DNA from: an uncultured virus (IMG/VR IMGVR_UViG_3300020048_000028)
Lineage: Duplodnaviria > Heunggongvirae > Uroviricota > Caudoviricetes
IMG/VR virus record: IMGVR_UViG_3300020048_000028
Direction: 5' to 3' (one strand)
Length of the DNA stretch: 64,000 nt
The stretch's first letter is position 1. Every line of letters begins with the position of its first letter. Below the pieces are notes generated by a model that did no database searches, had not been told where the DNA came from, and saw nothing but the letters and a program-made list of their open reading frames with translations. Both the position numbers and the translations under genes were made by a program. Below are positions 27,501-36,320 of the stretch, in pieces.

Positions 27501-29141
27501 GAAGGAACTTATGATTCACATTATGGCGAAAGAGAAATACCTTGTTTCTTAAATATAATGAATCCTCTTAGTTATAAGAGTATAAATAGGACTAATGTAT
27601 TAGATACAAATGAGCTTAAAGAAAAAGGGTATGATGGAGTTCTTGTGTTTCCTAATTATGTAGATGTTGAAAGTATTGATTTAACAAAAGGCTTAGGTTA
27701 TCATGGTAATAACATACAAGAAATAGTCGCTTATTATCCCGAACAAATTAAACTTGCAGATGCTACAAATAGAACTTTTAACAAATACGATTCTGATATA
27801 AGATATAAAAATGGTGGTAATATACCAAAATTTAATATTGAATCAAGTGAAGGAGAAGAAGATAGAACTACAATATCTTTAAAAGGAATAGGGAAAGTAG
27901 TTTTAGTTGAAACATTTCCTGAATATGAATTTACGGAAGATATTGATGAAGATAATCTTAATGATTTAGGCTTGTCGGAGAGTGATATGATTGGTAAAAT
28001 AGAGCATATTGAAATAAAAGACGAATATAAGGGCAAGGGATACGCTAAATTGTTAATGAAAAAAGCAATAGAATTAGCAAAACAAAAAGGTTTAATGCCT
28101 TTATATCTTAATGCTTCGCCTATGGGTTCAAAAAGATATGGTTTAAGCCTTGAAGATTTGACGGATTTTTACGAATCTTTTGGTTTTAAAGTTTTTTTAA
28201 ATCAAGGAAATAACAATCTTATGATTTTAAAAGAGGAAGATGTTAAATTTAACGAAGGTGGAAATATACCTATGAAAGAAGAATATAAATACTTTTTGGT
28301 TTTAAAGCTTGGGAAACCTGTTTTTAAAGTTAAGTTTTCTAAGTACAATAAGGAAACTGAAAGAGATATGTCTGATATGTTAGACAAATTGAATGATATG
28401 GATTATAGCTTAAAGCCTATTACTCAGCAAGAATATAAAGACTTTGATTATAGTAAGGTAAATAAAGAAGATATTCTTGAATTTACTAAAAATTGGACTT
28501 ACTTAAAAAATGGTGGAGTAGTAGAAAAGTCTAATAAGATTGAATTTAGGCGAAACCGATTGCCGAGAAATGATATTTATGAATTTGCTAAAATGGTAAA
28601 GTCTAAATATCCGAAAGTTTGGGACAAAGGAGGAAACATATTTGGAAACGAGGCATTTGTTAATCTTGAAAGAGTTTTAAAGCGTGGGTATTGGTTGCCT
28701 AATGAGGAGTGGATGCAGATTAAATGGCAAAGCTATATTGCTCGACATCATAAAGATTTTAGAATCGAAGGAGTTGTGGCTATGTTGAAATGGATTGGTA
28801 CTGTTGATAAAGGTTGGGCTTATATGAAAAAGCTAATTAATGAGGAAATTGAAAAAAAATATCCTGAAGTTAATGAGAAGTATAAAAACGGAGGTCAACT
28901 TGGAGGTAAATGTCCTGTTGGTACTGAAGTTCAAAGCTTGTTGTTTTCAAAAGATGAGTTTTCTATGGAAGATGCAAAGGAATGGGCAAAGTCACATGGT
29001 TATAAATACGATTATGTTGATGAAAAAGAAAATACTTTTAGAATAAGACAAGAAAATCCGAGTAAATTTGTAAAAGATATATTTAGAACTATTGAATTTA
29101 AAAAAGGATTAAAGGCTATCGTTGCTTGTCCTAAAAATTAA
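24591..29141 (+). CDS. polyvalent protein: 2 ART-like, 2 GNAT, hemerythrin-like and several unknown modules
   Basis: HRGKGMA and YKGKGYA GNAT motifs; DHH...HFIEEE...EHH...HIRKEE hemerythrin pattern; nine xxGG junctions. Confidence 0.8.
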   Translation: MNLAPNGKPTNLTPEQYRLVRTPAFKEWFGDWENSPETASKVVDENGEPLVVYHGTTNKNINIFRPLSYFTENYSYAKVYGLGLQYSDEMDDEEYDEIINRGEENVYSVFLNIVNPLKVDRDFFTDNFEGSTKVKISKIDGYDGMINTIPKTYSPFYKENENQFLIFNSNQIKLADGTNTTFDSNNPDIRYSNGGGIRPFTYDGNKNVVYSTRDYKIAVDNVNNARYITLWFVNSLYDLDVKVGSLALYKTEDDFLKVSEIDIQKSHRGKGMATKMYLMALKYSADNIKGIKSYLPDRVNKRQIPKIYKALNAKNGDDDYAYIYKADNLGKFKKGGSVNLSKTPAPKKDRIYGSSKNKPKSSESKSKASSIILNPTVLKSINTILKEHNEDFPKKKVPLSTAKAVVRRGMGAFSSSYRPTISGGKPNSRVAWGLARLKAFVYKIQKGYSKSGKYKQDNDLIEELGYKYNEYKNGGQMEDDKTFELITYFVTAETDRDSSNIYKGTDYERAKLEFDSANISDFDGGNGGMVLFQKVLNKYKFIGDLEDGYYELSDFPIEDYYKDKDYYEIIENGEFEHIDSKDVTHINYESNDLLHDVESYYQKTYGKWKYNEITVDNGKDENDDDYKEYGCIQLRITNHSENVNNNDKFGRCDYYISVVIANRNPTKDKFLTSMYERRRNEIELNFDSDDSFDEIINEIDSEIANGKLYIAEKLDISVNDVYKNGGEMKKLDDLYKDHHNVWAISEKIIKNVCEENCSKYSDEIHYLYELELKPHFIEEEKVFFPSVINENNKDLIKELIKEHHLIKFLAQKIKLSKKTKDIKDFCNLMIEHIRKEELIMKTISNDPYKNTAFRNGGLTMKAPSQINKMPSFIAPNGNTSNLISIKAEDENGRWVYLYDIVRTPAFKNWFGDWEEAYATKDYEGVSKIIDENGEPSVCYHATSNEFFEFDENYIGSKTDSGYYGKGFYFTEGTYDSHYGEREIPCFLNIMNPLSYKSINRTNVLDTNELKEKGYDGVLVFPNYVDVESIDLTKGLGYHGNNIQEIVAYYPEQIKLADATNRTFNKYDSDIRYKNGGNIPKFNIESSEGEEDRTTISLKGIGKVVLVETFPEYEFTEDIDEDNLNDLGLSESDMIGKIEHIEIKDEYKGKGYAKLLMKKAIELAKQKGLMPLYLNASPMGSKRYGLSLEDLTDFYESFGFKVFLNQGNNNLMILKEEDVKFNEGGNIPMKEEYKYFLVLKLGKPVFKVKFSKYNKETERDMSDMLDKLNDMDYSLKPITQQEYKDFDYSKVNKEDILEFTKNWTYLKNGGVVEKSNKIEFRRNRLPRNDIYEFAKMVKSKYPKVWDKGGNIFGNEAFVNLERVLKRGYWLPNEEWMQIKWQSYIARHHKDFRIEGVVAMLKWIGTVDKGWAYMKKLINEEIEKKYPEVNEKYKNGGQLGGKCPVGTEVQSLLFSKDEFSMEDAKEWAKSHGYKYDYVDEKENTFRIRQENPSKFVKDIFRTIEFKKGLKAIVACPKN

Positions 29142-29145
29142 TACT

Positions 29146-29367
29146 ATGGAAAATAATAACAATATTGTTTTATTTGATTCAACAGAAATTAAATTTTCTT
29201 ATAACAGAAAAGTGAAAGGAATAAATGTTGTTTTTAAATGGCAGCCTCCATCAAATAAATGGACTGATTTGAAAAATAGAGTGTTGTATTGGGAATTAAT
29301 ATTTAAAAATAAAAAAACGAACAAATCGGTTTCTATTACTGAAGGCGGTAATATAGTAGTCGAGTAA
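29146..29367 (+). CDS. small protein, C-terminal hxIxxxGxI family
   Basis: Ends SVSITEGGNIVVE. Confidence 0.65.
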   Translation: MENNNNIVLFDSTEIKFSYNRKVKGINVVFKWQPPSNKWTDLKNRVLYWELIFKNKKTNKSVSITEGGNIVVE

Positions 29368-29382
29368 TTATAATTATAGTAA

Positions 29383-29835
29383 ATGGATAAAAATGTTAGA
29401 ATAATGAATTTTAAGAATAATGGGCTTAGTTATGTGAAAACTTCGCACAGTAATTCTGACTTAAATATTCATTATGTAAGTAGAGGTTTACTTAGTATTA
29501 AATATTTTGATTTAGAAATCGGAAAAACTTATATTATATTTAATAATTCTTTGCAACATCGTGAGGCTGTATTAATAGAAATAAATAATGCACCATCACA
29601 ATCAGTAGATTATGTGTATAAATATACTAAAACAGAAAAAGGCGAAGCGGCTAATGTTTCATTTAACGTACCCGTATATAAAATATCAGGTGGTTATCCT
29701 TCAGAAGCATCTATATATAAGTATGTAGCTTACGATACAATGACATCTATTTTTTACATTCGGAACATTAAAGCTAAAAAAAATGCTTTTGAGTTATATA
29801 TAAACGACATTGGAAACATTTCATCATCAAGATAA
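29383..29835 (+). CDS. hypothetical protein, C-terminal hxIxxxGxI family
   Basis: Ends FELYINDIGNISSSR; L.IGKTY motif. Confidence 0.75.
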   Translation: MDKNVRIMNFKNNGLSYVKTSHSNSDLNIHYVSRGLLSIKYFDLEIGKTYIIFNNSLQHREAVLIEINNAPSQSVDYVYKYTKTEKGEAANVSFNVPVYKISGGYPSEASIYKYVAYDTMTSIFYIRNIKAKKNAFELYINDIGNISSSR

Positions 29836-29840
29836 ACAAA

Positions 29841-30320
29841 ATGGAAAAAAAGGGGGTTATAAAAAATTTTAACAGAGGAAATAATATTTGTTATGTTGAT
29901 AATGGGCGTAGTATGAAAGTTTCTAAATGGCTTAAACAGCTTTCTTATGGCGAATTAAAAGTTGGAGATTCATATCTTGTAGATGCTTCCTATGGTGCGA
30001 ATGCAGTAGATAATTTAAAAAAGTGTAAATTGAAAGAGATAAGAGGTCATGGCTCATCTTATAATTTTATATTTGAATTAACCGAATATGAAGAAGATTT
30101 AAAAACAATGGAATACATATCTCATTATTTATATGATAAATCAATAGCTTATACCTATGATTTTAAAGTAATAGTTTCTCCAAAAGTTTTAGATGAAATC
30201 GACATTGATACGATAGTTGTAAAACCCAAGTCAAAAGATGATGTGCTTTTTTATCTAACAATCAATAGTAATGGAGAAATTAATTCATTTAAAATTAATC
30301 GAAATAATTATTTAACATGA
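29841..30320 (+). CDS. hypothetical protein, C-terminal hxIxxxGxI family
   Basis: LKVGDSYL...CKL; ends FYLTINSNGEINSFK. Confidence 0.75.
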   Translation: MEKKGVIKNFNRGNNICYVDNGRSMKVSKWLKQLSYGELKVGDSYLVDASYGANAVDNLKKCKLKEIRGHGSSYNFIFELTEYEEDLKTMEYISHYLYDKSIAYTYDFKVIVSPKVLDEIDIDTIVVKPKSKDDVLFYLTINSNGEINSFKINRNNYLT

Positions 30321-30784
30321 AAAAAGACAATGCTATTTTTAAATTAATTAAAGAAGAGAACACAGCAAACGAAATACGTTTTTTTAATTATTTAAAGTCT
30401 ATTAATCAAGGTAGAGTCTATACAGTTGCAAAAATAAAACAAAGAGTTTCTTTAAGCAATTTGGTTGTAGGAAATTATTATTTAGCTTCTGAAAGTGTTG
30501 GCTCTACTACTGAGCAGCTTGAGCTTTGCAAATTATTGGCAGTAGAATGGACAATGGATAGTAAAAAAGTAATTTTATTATTTTCTAAACCTGAAGGAAA
30601 AAGATTTAATTTGTCGTCATATACAGTTAATATTAATAATATTGAAGTTTATAATGAAATATTTGATATTAGTTTTATAGATACTAATAATATAGATTTT
30701 GCAAAATTAAATGATAAAGACCGATTTGTTTTAAGTATTAAAGATAATGGCAGAATAAGTTGCATAAGAAAAATAAAAAAATAA
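30317..30784 (+). CDS. hypothetical protein, C-terminal hxIxxxGxI family
   Basis: LVVGNYYL...CKL; ends FVLSIKDNGRISCIRK. Confidence 0.75.
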   Translation: MKKDNAIFKLIKEENTANEIRFFNYLKSINQGRVYTVAKIKQRVSLSNLVVGNYYLASESVGSTTEQLELCKLLAVEWTMDSKKVILLFSKPEGKRFNLSSYTVNINNIEVYNEIFDISFIDTNNIDFAKLNDKDRFVLSIKDNGRISCIRKIKK

Positions 30785-30787
30785 TAA

Positions 30788-30898
30788 ATGGAATCACTAC
30801 AAAAAACAATAAAAAAACACACTTTCAAAGATGGTGGTGCTGTAAAGGAAGAATATTTAAAAGGTTATAATTTTAAAGATTACGATGATGTACAATAA
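30788..30898 (+). pseudogene. truncated paralog of 32334..34073, interrupted by the IS left end
   Basis: MESLQKTIKKHTFKDGGAVKEEYLKGYNFKDYDD versus MELTLQDTI...FKDGGSVDAEKEKEFLSGYNFKDYED. Confidence 0.75.
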
Positions 30899-32248
30899 TT
30901 TGTATATTTCATTTATTATGTTTATAATTATTATATAATTAAATACAAATGACATCAAAAGAAGTATAATTCAAAAAAAAAGACCATAATAAAAGATTTA
31001 ATAAAAGAATAGTGCAATTAGTAGAACAGCATATAATAATGGATAACCGATTCAAAGATTGGTGCATAAAGGCTAAAAACCTTTATAACCAATCCTTGTA
31101 TTATTATAGGCAGTCTATTTTTAAAAACATAGAATATTTTTCTGAATATGAATTACTTGGATTATTTCGTGAGTTCAAAGAAGAAAATTATATTAAGTTA
31201 CCATCTCATTGTGGACAAGAGATAATTAAAAATTTATTTAAGAATATTAAATCTTGGCAAAAATCAAGAAAGGAATATGAAAAGAATCCGAGTAAGTTTT
31301 TAGGTAGACCTAAGTTGCCTAAATATAAGAAAGAATTATCGGTTTTATCCTTTAATAATTGTCAAGTAAAACTAAAAAATGGCTATGTTCATTTCCCTAA
31401 AATGATTGGTATTTCTCCAATGAAAACAAATATTACTAATATACAATCTTGCAGAGTAATACCAAAGGCAAATCATTTTGTTGTTGAATTTGTTTATACC
31501 GTTGCAGATGTTCCACAAAAGGAATATAATAATAAAGCTTTAGGAATAGATTTAGGATTAAATAATATAGCTACCTGCGTTTCCACAACAGGAAGTTCAT
31601 TTATTATAAATGGTAAGCCTTTAAAGTCAATTAATTCTTTTTACAATAAACGGAAATCACAGCTACAATCAAAATCTAAAAATAAATTTTTTACTTCAAA
31701 AAGGATTGAACGACTAACATTTAGTAGGAATAATAAAATAAAAAACTACATACATCATGCAAGTAAACACATCATAAAACAAGCAGAAAAATTAGACGTA
31801 ACCAAAATTGTAATCGGTAATAATAAACATTGGAAACAAGAAATCAATATCGGTAAACGTTCTAATCAAAACTTCGTTTCAATACCACATAGCAATCTCA
31901 TAAAAACAATTGAGTACAAAGCAAAGTTGGCAGGAATTGAAGTAGTAATAACAGAAGAAAGCTATACGTCCAAATGTTCAGCGATAGACTTAGAACCAAT
32001 TAAAAAGCATGAATCATACGTTGGAAAAAGAACCAAGCGTGGACTATTCAGAACTGCTAATGGAACTAAAATCAATGCGGATGCTAATGGTGCAGCTAAT
32101 ATTCTTAGAAAAGTAATTGGAAATGAGTGGATTAACTCTGATTCAATATTGAGTGCCTTGATAGCACCTGTCAAAACGCTAACTTTTGAACAAAAAGTAG
32201 CATAAAAACAAATGTTTTAAACAATACAAATGAAAAACAATATCACAA
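30889..32248 (+). mobile_element. non-autonomous tnpB insertion sequence (IS200/IS605-IS607 group)
   Basis: tnpB with no intact tnpA; right end fixed by comparison with 1-127; left end approximate. Confidence 0.8.
31012..32205 (+). CDS. tnpB: TnpB RNA-guided nuclease
   Basis: AKNLYN, PKYKK, GIDLGLNN, EESYTSK, NADANGAANI. Confidence 0.93.
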   Translation: MQLVEQHIIMDNRFKDWCIKAKNLYNQSLYYYRQSIFKNIEYFSEYELLGLFREFKEENYIKLPSHCGQEIIKNLFKNIKSWQKSRKEYEKNPSKFLGRPKLPKYKKELSVLSFNNCQVKLKNGYVHFPKMIGISPMKTNITNIQSCRVIPKANHFVVEFVYTVADVPQKEYNNKALGIDLGLNNIATCVSTTGSSFIINGKPLKSINSFYNKRKSQLQSKSKNKFFTSKRIERLTFSRNNKIKNYIHHASKHIIKQAEKLDVTKIVIGNNKHWKQEINIGKRSNQNFVSIPHSNLIKTIEYKAKLAGIEVVITEESYTSKCSAIDLEPIKKHESYVGKRTKRGLFRTANGTKINADANGAANILRKVIGNEWINSDSILSALIAPVKTLTFEQKVA

Positions 32249-32249
32249 C

Positions 32250-32321
32250 CAAAGATTTAATTTAGAAATTAATATTAATGGTAAATTAAAATGCGTAAGA
32301 AAAACATATAAAAACAAATAA
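32250..32321 (+). pseudogene. C-terminal remnant of a 30317-like gene
   Basis: QRFNLEININGKLKCVRKTYKNK* versus DRFVLSIKDNGRISCIRKIKK*. Confidence 0.65.
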
Positions 32322-32333
32322 AAATAAATAAAA

Positions 32334-34073
32334 ATGGAATTAACGTTGCAGGATACTATATCGGGTAAAAAAAACTTAATAGGTTTAGCTTTGCCAATAC
32401 AAATGGCTGTTTATGTACCAAGTACAAAAGATGCTAATGTTCCTATTGATGAAATGGAAGTTAAAAGTAGAGTTCAAGAGGTTAGTAAGTACCTTGCAGG
32501 TTTATTTGGAGGTTTTTCTTCAGAGGAAGTTGTAGGCGGATATATTTCTAATAATAAAGAGCTTATTCGTGAAAATGTAATAAAAGTAGTTGCGTATTCT
32601 ACTAAAGCTGATTACGAAAAAAATAAAAGAAAATTAATAAATAAGATTTCTGAATGGGCTGAACAATGGTCGCAAGAAGCTATTGGTTTTGAATTTGAAA
32701 ATGACTTGTATTATATCAATAAGTCTAAAATGTTTAAAGACGGAGGTTCTGTTGATGCAGAAAAAGAAAAAGAATTTTTATCAGGTTATAATTTTAAGGA
32801 TTATGAAGATATGATTCAAACCTTAAAAGATGCTAAGGTTCAAAAATATGATATAGGGGATTCTTTTGATAATTCAATAGATTTAATAAGACTTATTAAA
32901 AAAACTACTGATAAAGCAGAGGGAATAGTTGATGAATATAAGTATAATCGTAGGCATGAAGATAGTGTGCTTGTTATTAATGTTAAGCTTCATGCTTATA
33001 TGGACAATGATAAAGCCATAGCAGAGGCAACCGAAAAGTATAAATTGAATGAAAGTCAAGTTGAGGAATTAGAATCAGAGTTTAATAATGAAAGGGTTAG
33101 TCAAATTTATCTTGATTATATCGAAATGCAAGGAATGGATATTGAAGAAAATTTTAGTGATTTTATAGAATTAAATATTTGCAAAGACGAGATTTTTTTT
33201 ACGGGAAATAGTGGGGGTTATTTGATTTTTGCTGAATCTGATTTTTTTGATTCAATGACTGAAGAATTAACTGAGTATGAAGATAATAATTTCACATCAG
33301 ATGGAGAATTTTTAGAAGATGATTATACTTCATTTGAACAGTTTATTCAAGCAGAAGGTAGAAATATAAGAAAAATAATTGGCTTAATAAATTATTACGA
33401 GTTTGCTTTTAGTGTTTTTGAGGCTTATGTTAAAAAATTAAAGAAAGGTGTTGAGGGTTATATGCAGGGTGAGCTAAATGAAAGGGTTGAAGAATATGTC
33501 CTTGAAGAAATAAAGCCTAAGCAAAAAACAATTAAAAAAGCTGCTAAGAAAAAAGTAGTTGAAGTAGTTGAAGAAACTGAATCAAAAGATGATTCTGATA
33601 GTTATAAAAATGGCGGTATTGCTGAGTCAGTTTCTAATCCAAAAAACAAGCGTATAGACGAAGTTTTAAAAGGAGGTAAGGCTGATTCTATGGATGAAAT
33701 GGCATTGGCTAAAAAACATAATGTTAGTTTAGAAACAATACAAAAACAAATCGAAAAAGGTATGGCTTTTGAAAAAGAGCATACTGATAACGTTACGGTT
33801 CAAAGAGAGATAGCCAAAGACCATGTTGAAGAATTTGTTGATTATTACGATAGGCTTAAAGAAATGGAGAAAGAGGCTGAGGTTAGGCGTACAATACTAA
33901 CTAAAAATCTATCTGCAAATAAAATTCATTCAATAAAAAAATACCTTAAGCATAAAGGCATGAGCGAAAATGATTATCATGTGTATGATTCAGGTACTAT
34001 ATTGATTTATAGTGATATAAGCGATACGACATTTAAAGAAATTTCTATTTATATTAAAAATTCATTAATTTAG
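32334..34073 (+). CDS. modular protein (FKDGG and YKNGG junctions; last module has ExEHT...IAxDH...YY, DUF5661-like)
   Basis: EKEHTDNVTVQREIAKDHVEEFVDYYDRL. Confidence 0.75.
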   Translation: MELTLQDTISGKKNLIGLALPIQMAVYVPSTKDANVPIDEMEVKSRVQEVSKYLAGLFGGFSSEEVVGGYISNNKELIRENVIKVVAYSTKADYEKNKRKLINKISEWAEQWSQEAIGFEFENDLYYINKSKMFKDGGSVDAEKEKEFLSGYNFKDYEDMIQTLKDAKVQKYDIGDSFDNSIDLIRLIKKTTDKAEGIVDEYKYNRRHEDSVLVINVKLHAYMDNDKAIAEATEKYKLNESQVEELESEFNNERVSQIYLDYIEMQGMDIEENFSDFIELNICKDEIFFTGNSGGYLIFAESDFFDSMTEELTEYEDNNFTSDGEFLEDDYTSFEQFIQAEGRNIRKIIGLINYYEFAFSVFEAYVKKLKKGVEGYMQGELNERVEEYVLEEIKPKQKTIKKAAKKKVVEVVEETESKDDSDSYKNGGIAESVSNPKNKRIDEVLKGGKADSMDEMALAKKHNVSLETIQKQIEKGMAFEKEHTDNVTVQREIAKDHVEEFVDYYDRLKEMEKEAEVRRTILTKNLSANKIHSIKKYLKHKGMSENDYHVYDSGTILIYSDISDTTFKEISIYIKNSLI

Positions 34074-34092
34074 CAAAATAAAATAAAAAATT

Positions 34093-34326
34093 ATGCAAGA
34101 AGGACAAGTTAGATTTTCGGGAGAAGATAGGTTTAATACTTTTGAAAGCAAACAAATGTTTTTGTTTTCAACTAATAAAACAAATAAATTAGACGATACT
34201 ATTGTAATTGTTGGAGATAGTGAAAAAAGCACTTATTATTTAGGTATTCCTTTAATTAAGAATTTCCTTATAAATGATAATATTACACTACGTCCTGATG
34301 GACAAATTAAAGTTTCCAACAAGTAA
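34093..34326 (+). CDS. small protein, C-terminal hxIxxxGxI family
   Basis: Ends NITLRPDGQIKVSNK. Confidence 0.65.
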   Translation: MQEGQVRFSGEDRFNTFESKQMFLFSTNKTNKLDDTIVIVGDSEKSTYYLGIPLIKNFLINDNITLRPDGQIKVSNK

Positions 34327-34360
34327 TTTTCGGTAATCAAAAAATAAAAATATAAAAATA

Positions 34361-35323
34361 ATGGAGGCAAAAGAAATCCTTAAAGATGTAAATAGCATTG
34401 TTTCAAAAGTAAACATTGATTTATCGGACTATTATAAAACATTAAAAACAGATGTAGCTTTACAAAAAGCTAAAGCTCAATCTGTAAAAGATATTAGTAG
34501 AAAGGTTAAGGCTTGCCCTATACTTGAAGAAGTAAGGGAAATTTCTGAATCTCAAAGACAAGTTGCTATATCAACCGTACAGGCTATTAAAGATATTGTT
34601 AAAAATAATAAAACAGATTTTGATGCTGTTGACATTTCTGATAGAGGAGATGATAAGGGAAGTAGCGAAAGTGGTGATGGGAAGGGTTATGAGGAGAAAA
34701 TAGTAAATGTTGGTATGCCAAAATGGGTTCAAGAGATTGAAAATTCTGTTAAAAGTAAATTTAAAAGAATTAAAAAGCGTGAGTATTTTGATGTTGAGGG
34801 TTTATTTCGTGGAGTAACACGAAAGAAAAAAGAAAAAGGAATGAAAAAAATAGATTATGTTTATTTTTTACTTGACGTTAGTGGCTCTATGTCAGGTTTT
34901 TCGTATAAAGGAGTTCCTCTTAAAAACTTATTAGCATCTTATATACCTCCTATTGCAAAGAAATATGAAGGGCAATATGTTCAGGTTGATGGTGGTAAAG
35001 TTATCCCTACTGATTTGAAAGTTTTAAGTAAGGGAGAAATTAAATCTATTATTTTAGGAGGTGGCGGTGGTGCTAATTTTCCTGAAGCTATTGAATGGAT
35101 TAAGAATGATATTATAACTCAAGGTATTACTAATCCTATTGTTATTATGGCGAGTGATGCACATGAGGACTTTGATTTTGAATTATTGCCTAATACTATT
35201 TTTGTAACTACTGATGAGGGGTGGCAGCATTCATTAAGAGGAAATAATGGGCTTATTGCTCAAGGTTTTCCGAATCCACTTAAAGGTCAAAAAGTTATTA
35301 TTATTAACGTAGACCCTAAGTAA
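34361..35323 (+). CDS. von Willebrand factor A (vWA) domain protein
   Basis: MIDAS motif LLDVSGSM, GGGGANF, MASDA. Confidence 0.8.
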   Translation: MEAKEILKDVNSIVSKVNIDLSDYYKTLKTDVALQKAKAQSVKDISRKVKACPILEEVREISESQRQVAISTVQAIKDIVKNNKTDFDAVDISDRGDDKGSSESGDGKGYEEKIVNVGMPKWVQEIENSVKSKFKRIKKREYFDVEGLFRGVTRKKKEKGMKKIDYVYFLLDVSGSMSGFSYKGVPLKNLLASYIPPIAKKYEGQYVQVDGGKVIPTDLKVLSKGEIKSIILGGGGGANFPEAIEWIKNDIITQGITNPIVIMASDAHEDFDFELLPNTIFVTTDEGWQHSLRGNNGLIAQGFPNPLKGQKVIIINVDPK

Positions 35324-35365
35324 TTTTAGATGTAAAACATGAAAAATATACAATTAAAAAATTAA

Positions 35366-35620
35366 ATGGAAGGAATTAGTTTGTTTGATAAAAAAAATGT
35401 TTTGATTGTTCCTAAAAATGAAACAATAAAATCGGGTTTTAAATATAGTATTATAGATAAAAGTCTTGTTAGGAGTGGGAAATATTTTACTGATATGGAT
35501 TTAACGGCTAATGTTATGTTCATTAGAACAAAAACAAAATATTTTGAAAGATTAGGTCAAGAGCAAGAAAGTTCTAATTTAGTAATAACAAGCGAAGGGG
35601 TAATTTTCTTTTTGTATTAA
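35366..35620 (+). CDS. small protein, C-terminal hxIxxxGxI family
   Basis: Ends NLVITSEGVIFFLY. Confidence 0.65.
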   Translation: MEGISLFDKKNVLIVPKNETIKSGFKYSIIDKSLVRSGKYFTDMDLTANVMFIRTKTKYFERLGQEQESSNLVITSEGVIFFLY

Positions 35621-35719
35621 ATTAATCAAGATTGTTAATCAAACTATCGTTTACGAAAATTATGTAAAGCTTAAATATTGTAAAAAAAAATTGATTTATC
35701 TTATTTGATTATTTTTTAT

Positions 35720-35727
35720 TATATTTG
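35720..35727 (+). promoter_or_regulatory. Bacteroidota-type -7 promoter box
   Basis: TATATTTG upstream of 35754. Confidence 0.6.
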
Positions 35728-35753
35728 TTCAATTATTATATTAATATAAAATT

Positions 35754-36314
35754 ATGTCAGAGATTTTAGGCAATTTTAATGAAGATGAATTTTCAGTCTT
35801 AGAGCCAAAACAAACAGGTGGCGGTGGTGGTGGAGAACCGCCTGAAGATGGTGGTGGAGAACCGCCTGAAGATGGTGGTGGAGAGCCTAAAGAGATTCCT
35901 TTAAAAACAAAAGAAGATATTCTTAAAGATTTAGAAAAAGCAGGTATTGATGAGGGTGGTGAAGATGTAGGTGAAGATGTTAACGACAAGCCTTTTGATA
36001 TTCCTAAAGAAGATGGAAAAGAGGGTACTGATAAAAACGGAAAGCCTAAAGATGGTGGAGATAAACCTGATGATAAAGCAGGTGATAAGCCTACAACAAA
36101 AGAAGGTAAAAAACAAGAGGCTGAAAAATTAGAAGAACAAAAACAACAGCAAAGAATAGAGCAAATAAAAGCTAAAAACTTTATTACGACTAAGATTAAT
36201 CAATACGAAGAAATATTAATAAAAAATGCCGATAGTTTACCTAACAAGGTAAAAAATACATTAGGAAATGCAATAGCAGAATTAACAACAAAACGAGATT
36301 CAATAAATATATAA
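35754..36314 (+). CDS. low-complexity G/E/P/D/K-rich protein with a C-terminal coiled coil
   Basis: GGGEPPED tandem repeat (24 bp, at about 35825-35888). Confidence 0.8.
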   Translation: MSEILGNFNEDEFSVLEPKQTGGGGGGEPPEDGGGEPPEDGGGEPKEIPLKTKEDILKDLEKAGIDEGGEDVGEDVNDKPFDIPKEDGKEGTDKNGKPKDGGDKPDDKAGDKPTTKEGKKQEAEKLEEQKQQQRIEQIKAKNFITTKINQYEEILIKNADSLPNKVKNTLGNAIAELTTKRDSINI

Positions 36315-36320
36315 AAATAA

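Noticed and set aside
30992..31002. AAAGATTTAAT match to the predicted TnpB guide at 32251
   Set aside because: Only 11 nt and almost all A/T, so expected by chance in this genome
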